Shown: positions 39,743 through 53,742, counted from the first letter of the stretch. The stretch: 64,000 nucleotides of DNA from Octopus sinensis (GCF_006345805.1 NC_043001.1:132184001-132248000), one strand, 5' to 3'. Made by a program: numbers and translations. Notes: generated by a model not told the origin, from the sequence alone.

Positions 39743-39797
<55 letters not shown>

Positions 39798-40044
39798 GTA
39801 TGTATGCATGTATATATATACATATATATATACACACATACATATGTATGTATGTGTGTGTGTATATATATATACACACAATTATAAAAATGTCTATATA
39901 TACATATGTATAGATGTGTATGTATGTGTGTGTGTGTGTGGTGTGTGTATATATATATATATACATACAAACACACATTCATACCTACATGCAAGCATGT
40001 GTGCCCATGCACAAATACACTCACACATGCATATATATTTATAT

Positions 40045-40087
<43 letters not shown>

Positions 40088-40145
40088 CATGTACATGCAA
40101 AACACACAGACATACTCACTCAACTCACACACACACACACACAAT
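38820..40145. repeat. Two large (TA)/(CA)/(TG) microsatellite fields
   Basis: Visible at 38820-39200 and 39590-40145. Confidence 0.95.
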
Positions 40146-41429
40146 TTCCTATAAATGAGGACAAGACTGCTTGTTTTCCCTAACATTAAATCTAAAGAAA
40201 TCTTAACAGTTTCTAGATTATTTTACTGACTTCCAGGCATATTAACAATATATATTTTCATTTTCTATCCCAATTACTTACCTGCCCTTCAGCACATTAC
40301 AAATAATCTCCAAGATAGATAATAGATAATGTGTAGAATAATTCTGCTTTAAAGTACGACATTACACATAACAATATAATAATTCGTAAAAGAAAATTGC
40401 GGCAAAGAAAAAGAAACGAAAAATTGAAATGAATTGGTATCTATATCTATATAAGTGAGGATGCTTCAGACATTGAAGTAAATAGCTATTAATCTCAAAT
40501 GTTTATCTAAAAATAATTCCTGCTAAGTTATGATTACTTTCAATTATTTGAAGTCAAAGAGAGTTTTATGGTAATCAGGAATGTGTGACATGTTATTAGA
40601 CTTAGGATGTGAGTTGTTTTTCTTCAGATCCTTCAGATGTATCTTTAAAATGTAAGTAAATTACTGGGGAAAAATATGCAGCAAAAAAGGATGATCAAAT
40701 ATTCAGATTCTCTTGTATTAGCAGCTGGTTCCACAAGACAATAAAATATTTGTTTCTGCCATTTCTAGTTTGATTTGTTTTTTATCTCGGATTTTTACCC
40801 TTTTTTTTTTTTTCAAGAAGTATAGACTATCTTATAAACTTTCAGAGCCTCAAGATGAATGTCAACTAAATGAAGTGAAGCTTAAATTATTCCAGTGAGT
40901 TGGAAGAGGATTAATTTCTATTTGGATGCAATTACATTGGGGACAAATATGAAACTTCATTAGCTAGCTGGGTCTACTTGTGTTCAACATAGTGTTATGA
41001 TATGTTGGGGCAAAAACGGTTCTTCCCTGCGTGTGAAATTCACAGTGCTAGGAGTGATAACTTTGAGAAGAACATCCTTCTCACCCAGTAAATGTTGGAT
41101 GAGATTAAAAGCTTCCTAATTGATGAGCATTCCAGACAGGCTGGTCATGTAGTGTATACAAAAGAAAAAAAAATAGAACACATAAGCAATTTAAGTGAAT
41201 TGAAACACTGAATAGTTTGTCTTAAAAGTGGGTCTCTACCTTGCTTTAGGGAGTAACTAAGGAGAACATTGAAGAATATAGGCATAAATGCCAAATCAAT
41301 ACAAGGACTTGAGATTCCCACTTAAGGTCTTCACAGGATTTTAGAATGAAGAGATTCTGAACTTTAACAGAAGTTTAGTAGTGCAACAATATCAGGACTC
41401 CAGATATGGACATATCATGTGATTTCCCT

Positions 41430-42700
41430 AACTTCTAAGATATGTAAACAAGTGTACCATCACCTCTCCCACTATGACTGCTACAACCAACACCATCACT
41501 ACTGCCAGCAACAGCACCACCATCATCATGATACATCCAATTTTTCATGCAAACACGTTTAGATGAGTTTTCTCTGGCACAGCATTTCATCATTTGTTGT
41601 AGTCCTTTGGTCATCTCCTTTCTAAGGATCAGTCTTTTGAAACCAGCTTTTACCATTACTCCAACCATATTTCTTGGCTTCCTTCTTCTACATGTTCCTT
41701 CCAACTAGATCCCTTAGCATTTTACACAATACCACCCACCATACATATCATATCTGTGCAAATGCAGTGTCTACCCCACTCCCACCCCCACCACAACTCT
41801 TGAATATTATATCTGGTTCCCTTCAAACTCAGTTAATCTCTCAGCCAATTTTATTGTGTATTTCATGCACACTAATATTACACTACCAGAAGATCATGCT
41901 CACTTCATTTCCTTCCAACCTTCATACCTCAACACAAGCACCATACTGTTTCTCCTTGGATCAAAGAGAGAATCGTTTTGTAACCAGGACAGTTAATAGC
42001 TCCCACAACTTTTTTCTCTTCATTCTGTCAGTAGTTACTATGCTTTTAAACACCATCTGCCATAGCTAATTACATCACCTGGGTTTTGGAAGCTATCAAA
42101 TACTTCTAAAAAGACCTCAAAGTATTTGAAAAAAAAAATTAAATTCTAAGCTTTTATGCCAACCACACTTGCACATCTGCTGCATACAAAGTCCTTTTTT
42201 TCTGTTTGCTCATTTGTTATTCCACAGCCTTATTGTACACCTATAGTTTAAATCAGGTGCCTTGTATGGCATAACCTCATTTCTGCATACTAAGGCTGAC
42301 CACTTCTCAGAAGGCATTAGATTCTTGTCTTTTTTTATTTTATAACTTTTGTCTTTATCAGATTTACTTTAAGACATTTTGATTCTAGAGGTTCCTGCTA
42401 TGCTTGAAACTATTCTCTAATTGTTCAACAGACTCAGCTATGAGAATTAAGTCTCATCTTCTGAACTTCCCATAGATCAGAAAATTTAAACTCTTCTTTT
42501 ATGACCTGGATAACTATAATAAACAGGAAAAAAGCTGAAAACTGATCCCTGATGGACACTGAGTAGCAAACTGAATTCTTCAATGATCTTGTTGCAAACT
42601 CTCACTTTACTTAGATTATCTATGCACAGGGCTTGTACAACTTTCACAAACCATTCAACTATACCTAGTTTTCTCAGCAACTACCAAACTACAGAGTATA
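41430..42700 (-). mobile_element. Degenerate RTE LINE (RT domain to 3' end)
   Basis: LRKLGIVEWFVKVVQAL...KVRVCNK..EEFS....VHQGSV (RT region) and EGTCRRRKPR (C-terminus). Confidence 0.8.
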
Positions 42701-43093
42701 GTACTCAGTAAAAAGTTATCTCCAGTTCAACAAAGGCTAGATACAGAGGCTTTCTCTTGCTGAAAAATTTGCTTGTAGTTGCCTCCAAAGAAAAAAGGCA
42801 TTAGTGGCGCTTGCCCTAGTATAAACAAGAAATGCATCTCAACTAATTTAATTTTGTTCTTGATTGTTTGTCCTCTCTTTCTATTACTTTTGTGATGTTG
42901 CTTGGTTGTGTTTGCTTGTTGGCTGTGAGTAATAATGATAAACAACACTCATGAACAATTAACAGAAGCTTTATTTACTGCTAATAGTGTTTTCTGTGTT
43001 GGTCCTTGGATAAAAAATAAAATAAAAGCAACAATTTGAACACACTGGTAGGGGCAAACTCTGGGGTCTATGACAAAATAGATAGTACATATC

Positions 43094-43327
43094 TGTTTCT
43101 TTATTGCCCACAAGGGGCTAAACATAGAGGGGACAAACAAGGACAGACAAACGGATTAAGTCGATTACATCGACCCCAGTGCGTATCTGGTACTTAATTT
43201 ATCAACCCTGAAAGGATGAAAGGCTAAGTCGACCTCGGCGGAATTTGAACTTAGAACGCAATGACAGACGCAATACCGCTAAGCATTTCGCCCGGTGTGC
43301 TAATGTTTCTGCCAGCTCGCCGCCTTA
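43094..43327 (-). mobile_element. SINE family B, full length
   Basis: 16-bp TSD ATAGATAGTA(C/G)ATATC (43078-43093, 43328-43343). Confidence 0.9.
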
Positions 43328-43789
43328 ATAGATAGTAGATATCGACCTGTAACAAGGTCATTACAACTGGGGAAATATTGTGTTAAAATTCACGACAGCA
43401 AAATTGTACCTTCAAATTGTATGGCTGGTGAATGGGAAAAATGAAAAGGGAGCTATAAAAGTAACTACCTCGGCCTTCTGAAGTTACCACTAAAACTTCA
43501 CCTTTTATAAGATTCATTAGAAGGTTCTAGAAAGTGAAATCACATGATGGCTTGACGGTGATTGTTCAGTTAATCAGCCAATTACATGAAGCGATAATGA
43601 TCTCAGTGTAACATCCAGCAATTTGGTTTTGAATCTGCTACAATAATTTGGTCCCTCAGTAGTTGCTTTTTCTAGTCTAGAGAAACTCTATTGAATTTTT
43701 GGCAGCTGATTACACTATGTAACAATCTTTGTCCTTGAGGAAATAACACTTAGTGACCAAAGAGAAAAACAAATTTAATTTTGTTACAC

Positions 43790-44250
43790 AGTGTGCAGGC
43801 CTGGCTGTGCCATAAATAGCTTGCTTCCCAACCACATGATTCTGGGTTCAATCTCACTGTGTGGCACCTTGGGCAAGTGTCTTCTACTACACCCTTGGGC
43901 TGACCAAAGACTTGTGAATCAATTTGGTAGATGGAAACTAAAAGAAACCCGTTGTGTATACATGTGTGTATACATGTGTGTGTGTGTGCATCCGTGTGTG
44001 TGTGTGTGTGTGTGTGTGTGCACGCACGTGTGTTTGTGTGTCTCTGTTTGTCCTCCAAGACTGCTTCACAACCAGAGTTGGTGTTTTTACATCTCTGTAA
44101 CTTAGGAGTTGTTGCACTAGAGACCAATAGAATAACTATCAGGCTTAAAAAAAATAAGCCCTGGTGTCAATTTGTTCAACTAAAACCTCTCAAGGTAGTG
44201 CCCCAGCATGACCACAGTCAAATGACTAAAACAAGCAAAAGGATTAAAAG
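43790..44250 (+). mobile_element. SINE family A, diverged
   Basis: Colinear head, body and tail. Confidence 0.8.
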
Positions 44251-44368
44251 ATTAAGTGTTATTAATCTGGCACACCAACCATTTCGGAATGGCCTCCTTC
44301 CTTACTATCTGACTGATTATACAAGTGCCTAAGCATGTATCCTACCTCACTGACATGCATGTAATGAC

Positions 44369-44850
44369 ATGCATAAGATCTGGTCATCAAATCTAAGTAG
44401 AGACTTCAAACTTGAAATATTCAAAGCCACAGTCGAACCAATTCTACTATATGGCTCAGAAACATGGACGTTATCAAAGAAGCTTGAGAGGCGGTTGGAT
44501 GGAACCTACACTTGCCTCCTTATGAGAGCTCAAAATCTCTCGTGGAAGCGCCATCCAACCAAAATGCAAATATATGAGAAACTATCACCTGTGTCATCTC
44601 TTGTGAAAGGTAGGAGAGTCCAGTTTGCTGGACATTGTTGTAGAGCTGAAAAAGAAGTAATTTCTACTCTTCTCCTCTGGAAGCCATCTACTCGCAATAC
44701 CAGAGGGCGCACACTCTCCTACCCTGATGTAATCTCCAGGGATACAGGCATCCAGCAACAGGACCTCCGTAATGCTATGATGGGCCGTGAAGTCTAGCGT
44801 AGCATGGTAAATTCCATTGTCTCGACCACGGTCGAACAATGATTATGACC
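44369..44850 (+). mobile_element. 5'-truncated RTE/RTEX-type LINE C-terminal fragment
   Basis: KIWSSNLSRDFKLEIFKATVEPILLYGSETWTLSKKLERRLDGTYTCLLMRAQNLSW...FAGHCCR; LLYGSETW is a typical RTE motif. 142 codons open. Confidence 0.88.
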
Positions 44851-45367
44851 TCACAGGATATTTTCAATATCTCAGTGACTGCCCCACCCCATAGTCAGGC
44901 AACTCACATTGTCTTCATACCCTTAATGGTTCTTTTGACCATATAGCTGTCAATTCCATATACCCGGTTCTACTGTTGTTTATTTATTAAATGAGTAATT
45001 CGCTATTATAAAATATTCTGTAAATATCAATATTATCAGATAACAACAATATATTCATTATAAAATATTTTTGTAAATATCAATAAAACTCAACTTCTAG
45101 TAGTTATAACAAATTTAATAATGGTTTGCTAAGCTGATCAATGGCAAAAGAATCCATATCAGATTTTCGTTAATTTCTGTAATGTACTAGTGCAAATATC
45201 CAATTTATTTATCTTCTTACAATATATAAAGGTGTGTGTGTGTGTGTGTACATATAGACATATATATATATATCTGTATATATATATATATATATATATG
45301 CATATACACATATATATCTGTGTATATATGTATATATATATACATATACACACATATATATCTGTGT

Positions 45368-45414
<47 letters not shown>

Positions 45415-45579
45415 ATATCATATACACACATATATATCTGTATATATATATATATATATGCATATATACATAAATATGCATATACACATATATATCTGTA
45501 TATATATGCATATATATGTACATATTCATATACGCATATATATAACTGTATATATATGCATATACATGTACATATATAC

Positions 45580-45620
<41 letters not shown>

Positions 45621-46010
45621 TACATATAAATACATACATGTACACGTGTGTGTATGTGTGTGTGCTTGTTTGTGTGTAGGGAGGTTTACAAATCTGTGCA
45701 TACACACATTTGTAAATGACTTTTTGGTTGTTTTATGTATTTTCATTTTAATGACTGAATATAAAGAAAAAACTTGAAGAAGTTGTTACAAACCAGATTT
45801 GCTTCAGTCAGAATCACTACTACTACTACTATTACTCCTATTGCTGACGGAATGCCTTTCCAGATTAATTGTTCAAGGATTCTTAGTCTTCAGTAAATGT
45901 TCACCTGGTGAGTGTGAGTTTGACTAATATGCTAGACAGAATGGTTATGATAGTATATTCAAATATACTTGTTAGCTCGGAACTACGAGGTAATATTGTC
46001 CTCACTTAAA

Positions 46011-46138
46011 CATAGATGTTCTGTTAGAACAAACTATACTGCGGTAAATACCATGAGAGAAACTCACATAAAAGCTAATACGAGAGTTTCTCTCATGATA
46101 TCTGCCACAGTATAGTTTGTTCTAAAACAACATCAATG
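46011..46138. repeat. Fold-back hairpin, 55-bp arms with 18-nt spacer
   Basis: 46011-46065 versus 46084-46138, about 85% complementary. Confidence 0.8.
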
Positions 46139-46142
46139 CTAA

Positions 46143-46665
46143 CCGTAAGTCCTTGAGTATAGTCCGCCTTTGAGTATAATATGCAGGGGAATTTTAGGGG
46201 GGTGTACTTCTGAAAAACCTAAACCTTGTGTATAATACGCACTCCTTTTCTAACTTGAGTCGTGCGTAATTAAGCAAGCAGCACCTAGTTGAACAAACAC
46301 TTCTGCGCATGCGTAATACAATAATGGTGATGTTCTTAACTGTTATATGGGAATGTAAATATGTTTGCAAATTGTTTTTGTTACATGTTATTCTGTGATC
46401 TGAATACTTTTATTTTAATAAATGTTGCTTACTGCAAGTTATGGACGATTCTTTTATGACTTCATTGCTTTCAGGCTTAGCTTAAGGTATTTTCGCACCC
46501 GGCATCACAAAATGCATCTGAATAAACATTGCCAGACAGCAAATATAGACTCGGACATTGCTTAGGAAATATTTTTTATTTTAAACCTCGTATATAGTAC
46601 GCACTGGGGATTTTGACCTTCAAATTTTTGGGAAAAAAATGCAGATTATACTCGAGGATTTACAG
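46143..46665. mobile_element. pogo/Tigger-like non-autonomous DNA transposon
   Basis: TIRs CCGTAAGTCCTTGAGTATAGTCCGC / GCAGATTATACTCGAGGATTTACAG|TA. Confidence 0.75.
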
Positions 46666-46973
46666 TAAGTGGGAATAAATATTAGAAATCTATTTCACTC
46701 TGGAGTATGACACATATCTGAAATAGTATTTTTATATTCTTGATTATATATAAAAGCATAAACACCAAACAAACATACTTTAACCAACACTGCTTGTCTT
46801 TTGTCGGACTTATATCCTCCTAACTCTATTTTTTATAACAATCAGAATGGTCTTCACTCAGGTGAAAGTATGACGTGAAATCTTGCGAAGCTCTCAGGTG
46901 TTGATATAAATATTTTAAAACACTGCACAACAATTTATGTGATTACTTGTAACATACCAGTATATACATGATA

Positions 46974-47378
46974 TACTCTTTTTTACTCTTTTACTTGTTT
47001 CAGTCATTTGACTGTGGCCATGCTGGAGCACCGCCTTTAGTCGAGCAAATCGACCCCGGGACTTATTCCTTGTAATCCCAGTACTTATTCTATCGGTCTC
47101 TTTTTTGCCGAACTGCTAAGTGACGGGGACGTAAACACACCAGCATCGGTTGTCAAGCAATGCTAGGGGGACAAACACAAACACACGAACACACACACAC
47201 ATATATATATATACATATGTACGACAGGCTTCTTTCAGTTTCCGTCTACCAAATCCACTCACAAGGCTTTGGTCGGCCCGAGGCTATAGTAGAAGACACT
47301 TGCCCAAGGTGCCATGCAGTGGGACTGAACCCGGGACCATGTGGCTGGTGAGCAAGCTACTTACCACACAGCCACTTC
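46974..47378 (-). mobile_element. SINE family A
   Basis: Full length; ~170 bp into the intron downstream of the KIF17 exon. Confidence 0.9.
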
Positions 47379-47550
47379 TACGTCTATATATTAATATCAA
47401 TTATACATCATGCCAGGAATGGCACAACCCTTTCAGTCACCTGTTACAACATGCAGGAATACAATGTACTTATTTAAAAATCTTATGTTTACACACAGTA
47501 TGGGTATGTACATGGTCTATAATACCAAATAACAACAAAAAAAGTCTCAC

Positions 47551-47818
47551 CTGTTTCCATAAAAGGCATCGTTGTCTTCTCTAAAGAAACTTTTGGCAGA
47601 ATCCACTTTTGATTATCTTCATCCCAATGAGCCTCATTTTTGATCTTATCCAAATTATAATAATTGGAATCTCTACGCAAGCAGGGTTGTATTTGGTCTA
47701 GCATTGCTTGGAAAAGCTGAACTTGTTTTTCTTGTTTCTGAATTGTCTGGATATATTCAATTCGTTCAATTTCAAATTCTGACTGTATATCAGAAAATTC
47801 ACTTTCTAACTGAACGAC
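47551..47818 (-). CDS. KIF17: Internal exon of a kinesin-2 family motor, KIF17/OSM-3-like (coiled-coil/tail region)
   Basis: 268-nt open exon with acceptor ttattag| and donor CAG|GTGAG, phase 0 to 1. It translates VVQLESEFSDIQSEFEIERIEYIQTIQKQEKQVQLFQAMLDQIQPCLRRDSNYYNLDKIKNEAHWDEDNQKWILPKVSLEKTTMPFMET. This matches the remembered KIF17 motif DLQSEF..E..DYL.TIRRQE....L.QQLL.QVQPLIRRDCNYSNLEKI..ES.WDED...W.IP. Confidence 0.85.
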
Positions 47819-48342
47819 CTAATAAATAAATAGACACAGACAACAACACAAATAAATATAAGTGTATTTATTTTACAAATATAATGAGGAAACAATAGAA
47901 CAGATTGAAACCACAGGAAAAAATTTAAGCTGCAAAATGTTCTACCTGTTTTCTGTTCAAACTAGCTAGATTCCAGCCACTCATACCTACCCTACAATCT
48001 TATTCTAAAAAGAAAAATCCACATCACTGCAGTCTCAAGCCACAAGATAACATATAATTAATTCGAAGCAATGAGGAGGAATAAGTATCATATTTGACCG
48101 TAATCATCATCATAATCATCCTTTAACATCCACTTTCCACACTGGCATGGGTTGGATGCTTTGACCAGAGAGCTGTACCAGGTTCCAGTCTGATTTGGCT
48201 TGATTTCTACAGCTGGATGTGCTTCCTAAAGCCAACCCACCTCAGAGTGTACTGGGTGCTTTTCATACAGCACATTTACATGGCACCAGAACAGGAGCTA
48301 TTTATGTAGCACTGGCATGAGTGCTCTTTACATAGCACTTTA

Positions 48343-48670
48343 CGTGGCTCAGTGGTTAGAGCGTCGAGCTTACGATCGTGAGGTTGTGAGCTCGAATCCC
48401 GGACCGGGCTGCATGTTGTGTTCTTGAGCAAGACACTTTATTTCATGTTGCTCCAGTTCACTCAGCTGTAGAAATGAGTTGCGACGTCACAGGTGCCAAG
48501 CTGTATCGGCCCTTGCCTTTCCCTTGGACAACATCGGTGACGTGGAGAGGGAAGGCCGGTATGCATGGGCGACTGCTGGTCTTCCATGAAACAACCTTGC
48601 CCAGACTTGTGCCTCAGAGAGTAACTCTCTAGGTGCAAACCCATGGTCAGTGTCTGACCGAAGGGGGTCA
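48343..48670 (+). mobile_element. CORE-like SINE family E, tail variant 2
   Basis: Same head and CORE-like segment as 30951-31202, different tail. A diverged minus-strand copy lies at ~54590-54890. Confidence 0.85.
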
Positions 48671-48757
48671 CTAGATAGATAGATATAGATACACACACAC
48701 ACACACATGCACATGCACCTACACACACATATACATACATACATACATACATACATA

Positions 48758-49973
48758 CGGGTGTTGGATAAAATAATGGAAACACCTTAAAATTTCAAAC
48801 AAATTTATTTTAATAAGGGGTAGGACCGCCTTTGGCAGTAATTACAGCTTGAATTTTACAATGTATGGACTCATACAAAGTTTGAATTCCAAAGGAATTT
48901 TTGTCCATTCTTCAGCTAAAACAGTCTCCAGTTCTTGTAGTGATGATGGTGGAGGATATCAACTCCTTACTTGTTTTTCTATAATGCACCATAAATGTTC
49001 AATAATATTGAGATCTAGGGACTATGGTGGCCAGATAAGATGTTCAACTTCACTAGAATGTTCCTTGTGCCATTCAGTAACAACTTTAGCTGTATGAATT
49101 GGTGCATTATCATCCTGAAAGATTGCATTTCCCTCCGGAAACAGTTCTTCAACCATAGGATGATTTTGATCAGATAAAATGCTTAAATAGTCTTGACTAT
49201 TAATTCTGCCATAAAGGGAAACCATTGGGCCGGTGGATTTCCAAGATATAGCCCCCTCCCCCGATCATCACAGATCCTCCTCCATGTTTACAGTTGGAAG
49301 AAGGCAGTCTGGGTCAAATGCTTCTTTTGGCTATCTCCACATTTATACTCAGCCAGTGGTTGGAAATAAGGTAAAGGATGACTCCAACAAAATAACGTTC
49401 TTCCACTGCCCTAGGGACCAATTCTATAGATTTTTACATCACTCTAAACGCTTTGCAACATTTGTTTTTGAAAGCAGTGGTTTTCTGATTGCAGCCCTCC
49501 CGTGCAATCCAGCTTTGTGCAGCTCCTGGCAAACAGTTTTGTGGAAAATAGGTTCTCAATGTGGTCATTAAGCTCTGCAGTAATTTTGGGAGCTGTATTT
49601 TTGTGATCCTTTCTAACAATTTGTATAAGAGTCTGAAAGTTTTGGTTTTCTTTCGGAGGTTTGTTTTTACCGCTTTCTCAAAGGTTGTCATTACTTTCGA
49701 ATTAGTACTTCTTGATACACCAAACATTTCGGCTGTTTTCATTAAACTAGTGCCTGTCATATAAGCACCAACAATTTGACCTCCTTAAATGAATTTTAAT
49801 TACTTTTTTGTGATGAAATCCAAAAAGAAGCAGCAACTTTAGCAAAACATATTAAGCAACACAAATAATAAAACAACAAACATAAAAATAAACTAGCATT
49901 TGATGGTTTTATAGACATTTCAAAATTATGATGCTATGATGCTTGGTGTTTCCATTATTTTGTCCAACCCCTG
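48758..49973 (-). mobile_element. Tc1 (DD34E) transposon, both TIRs intact, transposase disrupted
   Basis: TA|CGGGTGTTGGATAAAATAATGGAAACACC...GGTGTTTCCATTATTTTGTCCAACCCCTG|TA; FQDDNAPIHTAK and WPP*SPDLNIIEHLW. Confidence 0.92.
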
Positions 49974-50151
49974 TATGCATAGCTGTGAGGCTATTAAGTT
50001 TGGTTTGGAATTAAATGGTTTCAAGTCCAGTCCTTCTGCATGGAACTTTAGGTGTCTTCTACCATATCCCTATGCCTATCAATGTCTTATGAGTGAATTT
50101 GCTAAATAGAAACTATGTGGAAGCTCATATTGTACACACACACATACATAT

Positions 50152-50193
<42 letters not shown>

Positions 50194-50202
50194 CAAACAT
50201 AC

Positions 50203-50234
<32 letters not shown>

Positions 50235-50502
50235 TGCCTTCAAAACGTGGAGTAGAGGAAACAGGGACAACTGAAGAAGGGGAATATTCCTTATGTTGTA
50301 TGTCTCATTTCTCTGTTTGTTTTTTGTTGTTGTTCAAAAAAAAGTTTGTTTCTATGTTCTCGTTTCTCATTCTGTCAACGTTTGTTTTATGTTCAGTACC
50401 CATTTATGCATGTATATATACATATGTATGTAGGTTTGTACATATATGTATGTATATATGCATATGTTTATATATTATTTATATTATATATTATTTATAT
50501 TA

Positions 50503-50540
<38 letters not shown>

Positions 50541-50734
50541 GAGAGAGAGAAAGAAAGAGAGAGGGATTTAGATAGATAAACAGATAGATAGATGTAGGTA
50601 GATAAATAGACAGACCAACACAGAATGTTTGGGTAACTTTAAGACTTTGGATAAAACTCAAAGAAAACACAGTATCCCATCCAAAAATGAAAGCATTTTT
50701 AAAAAGTCAGAAAATACCAACTAGATTATGGCTG

Positions 50735-51476
50735 GGGGATAAGTTTACTCAAATGTAGCCACCCTCAATTTCCACCGCAACCTCAAGACAGCTCCAGAAC
50801 ATGGCGCATCTGTTTCTCACTGTGTCCCTGGGAAGATCTCCAAACAGCTCCTTGAGCTTGGCTACCAGCTTGGCCTTGGCATTTCAGACAGAGCAGTCAG
50901 TGTCTTTCTCAACCATGCACCACTCATAGTAAGTAATCCATGAGATTACAATCAGAGGAATTACGAAGCCAGAAATTGGGGTTCGGGTGAAGTCATAGAA
51001 ATTCTCCAACAATCACTTGTGACTCTTTCTAGAAGTATGATAAAGAGATGAATACTGCTGCCACACATATGGCCTTCCAGCAGCAACCCTCTCCAGCCAG
51101 GGTTTGGCCATAGTCTCCAGTAGCTCCACATGTCTGTCTGAACTGAGCCTGCTGAAAGATGTGGGGATGAATTCCGACTGTGTCCCTTCCCGCTGGCCAC
51201 AGCATTGTAGTCTCCGTTGCTGCTGTCCATGTCATTTTACAGCCTTTATGGTGTTCACAGAGCATTGAGCAGCAGTTATGATGTTGGCATTTTGATAGCC
51301 AATGTGAATGATCATGATATAGGTAATTCTTTTCCAATATTCAGACAGCTTTCAGTCCACCAAGTCAGCTAACTTTTTCCTGGACTACATCTTTATGTTC
51401 TTCAGTGCCATTGACCGTTTCTGAGAAAAGGCGACATAAAAAATAAATCATCAAATTTTGCCTGAGCCCTCTGCAT
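50735..51476 (-). mobile_element. Degenerate mariner (maT-like) transposon, related to 5276-6110
   Basis: PHIFQQ, KPWLERVAAGRPYVWQQ, ELFGDLPRDTVRNRC..FWSCLEVAVEIEGGYI. Confidence 0.8.
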
Positions 51477-51489
51477 AGATACACACATA

Positions 51490-52165
51490 AATGTATGTAT
51501 GTATGTATGTATGTATGTATGTATGTATGTATGTATGTATGTATATGTGTGTGTGTATGTATGTATGTATGTATGTATGTATGTATGTATGTATGTATGT
51601 ATGTATACATGTGTATGTATGTATGTGTGTGTTTGTGTATGTATGTATGTATGTATGTATGTATGTATGTATGCATGTATTTATGTATGCATGTATGCAT
51701 GTATGTATATATGTATGTATATGTGTGTATGTATGTATGTGTGTGTCTGTGTATGTATATATGTATGTATGTATGTATGTATTTATGTATGTATATGTGT
51801 GTATGTATATGTGTGTATGTATGCATGTATGTGTGTGTCTGTGTATGTATATATGTATGTATGTATGTATGTATTTATGTATGTATATGTGTGTATGTAT
51901 ATGTGTGTATGTATGCATGTATGTGTGTGTCTGTGTATGTATATATGTATGTATGTATGTATTTATGTATGTATATGTGAGTGTGTATATGTGTGTATGT
52001 ATGCATGTATGTGTGTGTCTGTGTATGTATATATGTATGTATGTATGTATTTATGTATGTATATGTGTGTATGTATATGTGTGTATGTATATGTGTGTAT
52101 GTATGCATGTATGTGTGTGTCTGTGTATGTATGTATGTATATATGTATGTATGTATGTATGTATT
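51490..52165. repeat. (ATGT)n microsatellite with a ~90-100-bp higher-order repeat
   Basis: GTATGTGTGTGTCTGTGTATGT recurs five times (most preceded by ATGCAT). Confidence 0.9.
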
Positions 52166-53355
52166 TGAGTGTGTATTGGTCAACTGAAGGCTATGGTAGA
52201 AGATACTTGCCCAAGGAGCCAAACACTGAGATTGAAATCAAAAGCCACATGTTTACAAAGAAAACTTTTTAATCAAACAGCCAAAAGCCACTTGTGGCAG
52301 GAATTCAGCCAAAATCTTGGATTTGCATAACCATTCAATCTATGTTAGTTGGTATTTAATACAGCTTCCTAATGTAATGAATGTATTTCCATAAACTAGT
52401 TCTTTCTTTTTATGTTAATATTAAGGAATGTTACCTCTAATAATATACAGTTAGGTTAACGTTACTGCAGCTTAGTTTTAATCATGCATATATCTAAAAC
52501 ATTTTATTATTAAATTAGATTTAATGTCAGTAATGAGAATCATGTTTTTATTTCAGATATTTATAATTTTATGGAGTGGGTCTCAAGAAAATATCTTGAT
52601 TCTAGATTTTTACAATACATTAACCCAATTTCAGTTTGATTACAAGATATTTATTTAGAGAGGTTTTTACATTTTTAGTTGGATTATACAAATTGAAGTA
52701 GAAAATTTATCATGAAATCTACACAGGTTTTATATCTAAAATATTACTATGCAGTAATTTTATATCACACAATATTTTTGTTTTCATTTTCCATGAAAAT
52801 TTGAAATAAGGGGAAAATAATTTCTTTTAATGCAAACTATGCAAATTATTGCATTAAGTTTACAGAGATAAAGCGATTTTTAGCAATTTTAATGAAAACA
52901 GGCAAAAACCTCCAAGAAAAGCTATTTTTGAACTAAAATAATAATTGTTTATTTGGGGTTTTTATATATCAACTGAATTTCCGTTCTTTGTTTCTTTTTG
53001 TATAAAGCATGGTTTAAAGATATTAAAACCATTTTCACCTTGTTAATAATTTAAATAATTATTATTTATTTAAAAAAAATTTTTTTTTCGTTTTGAAGTC
53101 ATATTAAACAAAACTGTTGAAAACCTGCAAGTTAAATTTGAAAAGTTCATTTCATGAATAAACAAAGAAACCTGATAACAGACTAAGGATATAATTGCTT
53201 CAGTAAAGAACTAGCTGAGGTGTGGAAGGATGTAGGTTTCATTAACTGAGCCAAGGCATATAGTAGTGTATGCCTGATCTTTAAGATAAATGGTGAGATA
53301 AAATGTCAAATAGATATAGTATAAGTCACCCATCCATAAGTTTGTGCCACAGTAG

Positions 53356-53742
53356 ATGGATGGATGGAAGCACTCTGTCGGTTACGACGACAAGGGTTCC
53401 GGTTGATCCGAATCAACGGAACATCCTGCTCGTGAAATTAACGTGTAAGTGGCTGAGCACTCCACAGACACGTGCACCCTTAACGTAGTTCTCGGGGATA
53501 TTCAGCATGACACAGAGAGTGACAAGGCCGGCCCCTTGAAATACAGGTACAACAGAAACAGGAAGTAAGAGTGAGAGAAAGTTGTGGTGAAAGAGTACAG
53601 CAGGGATCACCTCCATCCCCTGCCGGAGCCTCGTGGAGATTTTAGGTGTTTTCGCTCAATAAACACTCACAACACCCGGTCTGGGAATCTAAACCGCGAT
53701 CCTATGACCGCAAGTGCACTGCCCTAACCACTGGGCCATTGC
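53356..53742 (-). mobile_element. SINE family D, tail variant 1
   Basis: Reverse complement of the 22281-22665 type. Confidence 0.9.

Noticed and set aside
40930-41120. EAFNLIQHLLGEKDVLLKV... (minus)
   Set aside because: Short, bounded by stops, no homology recognised.
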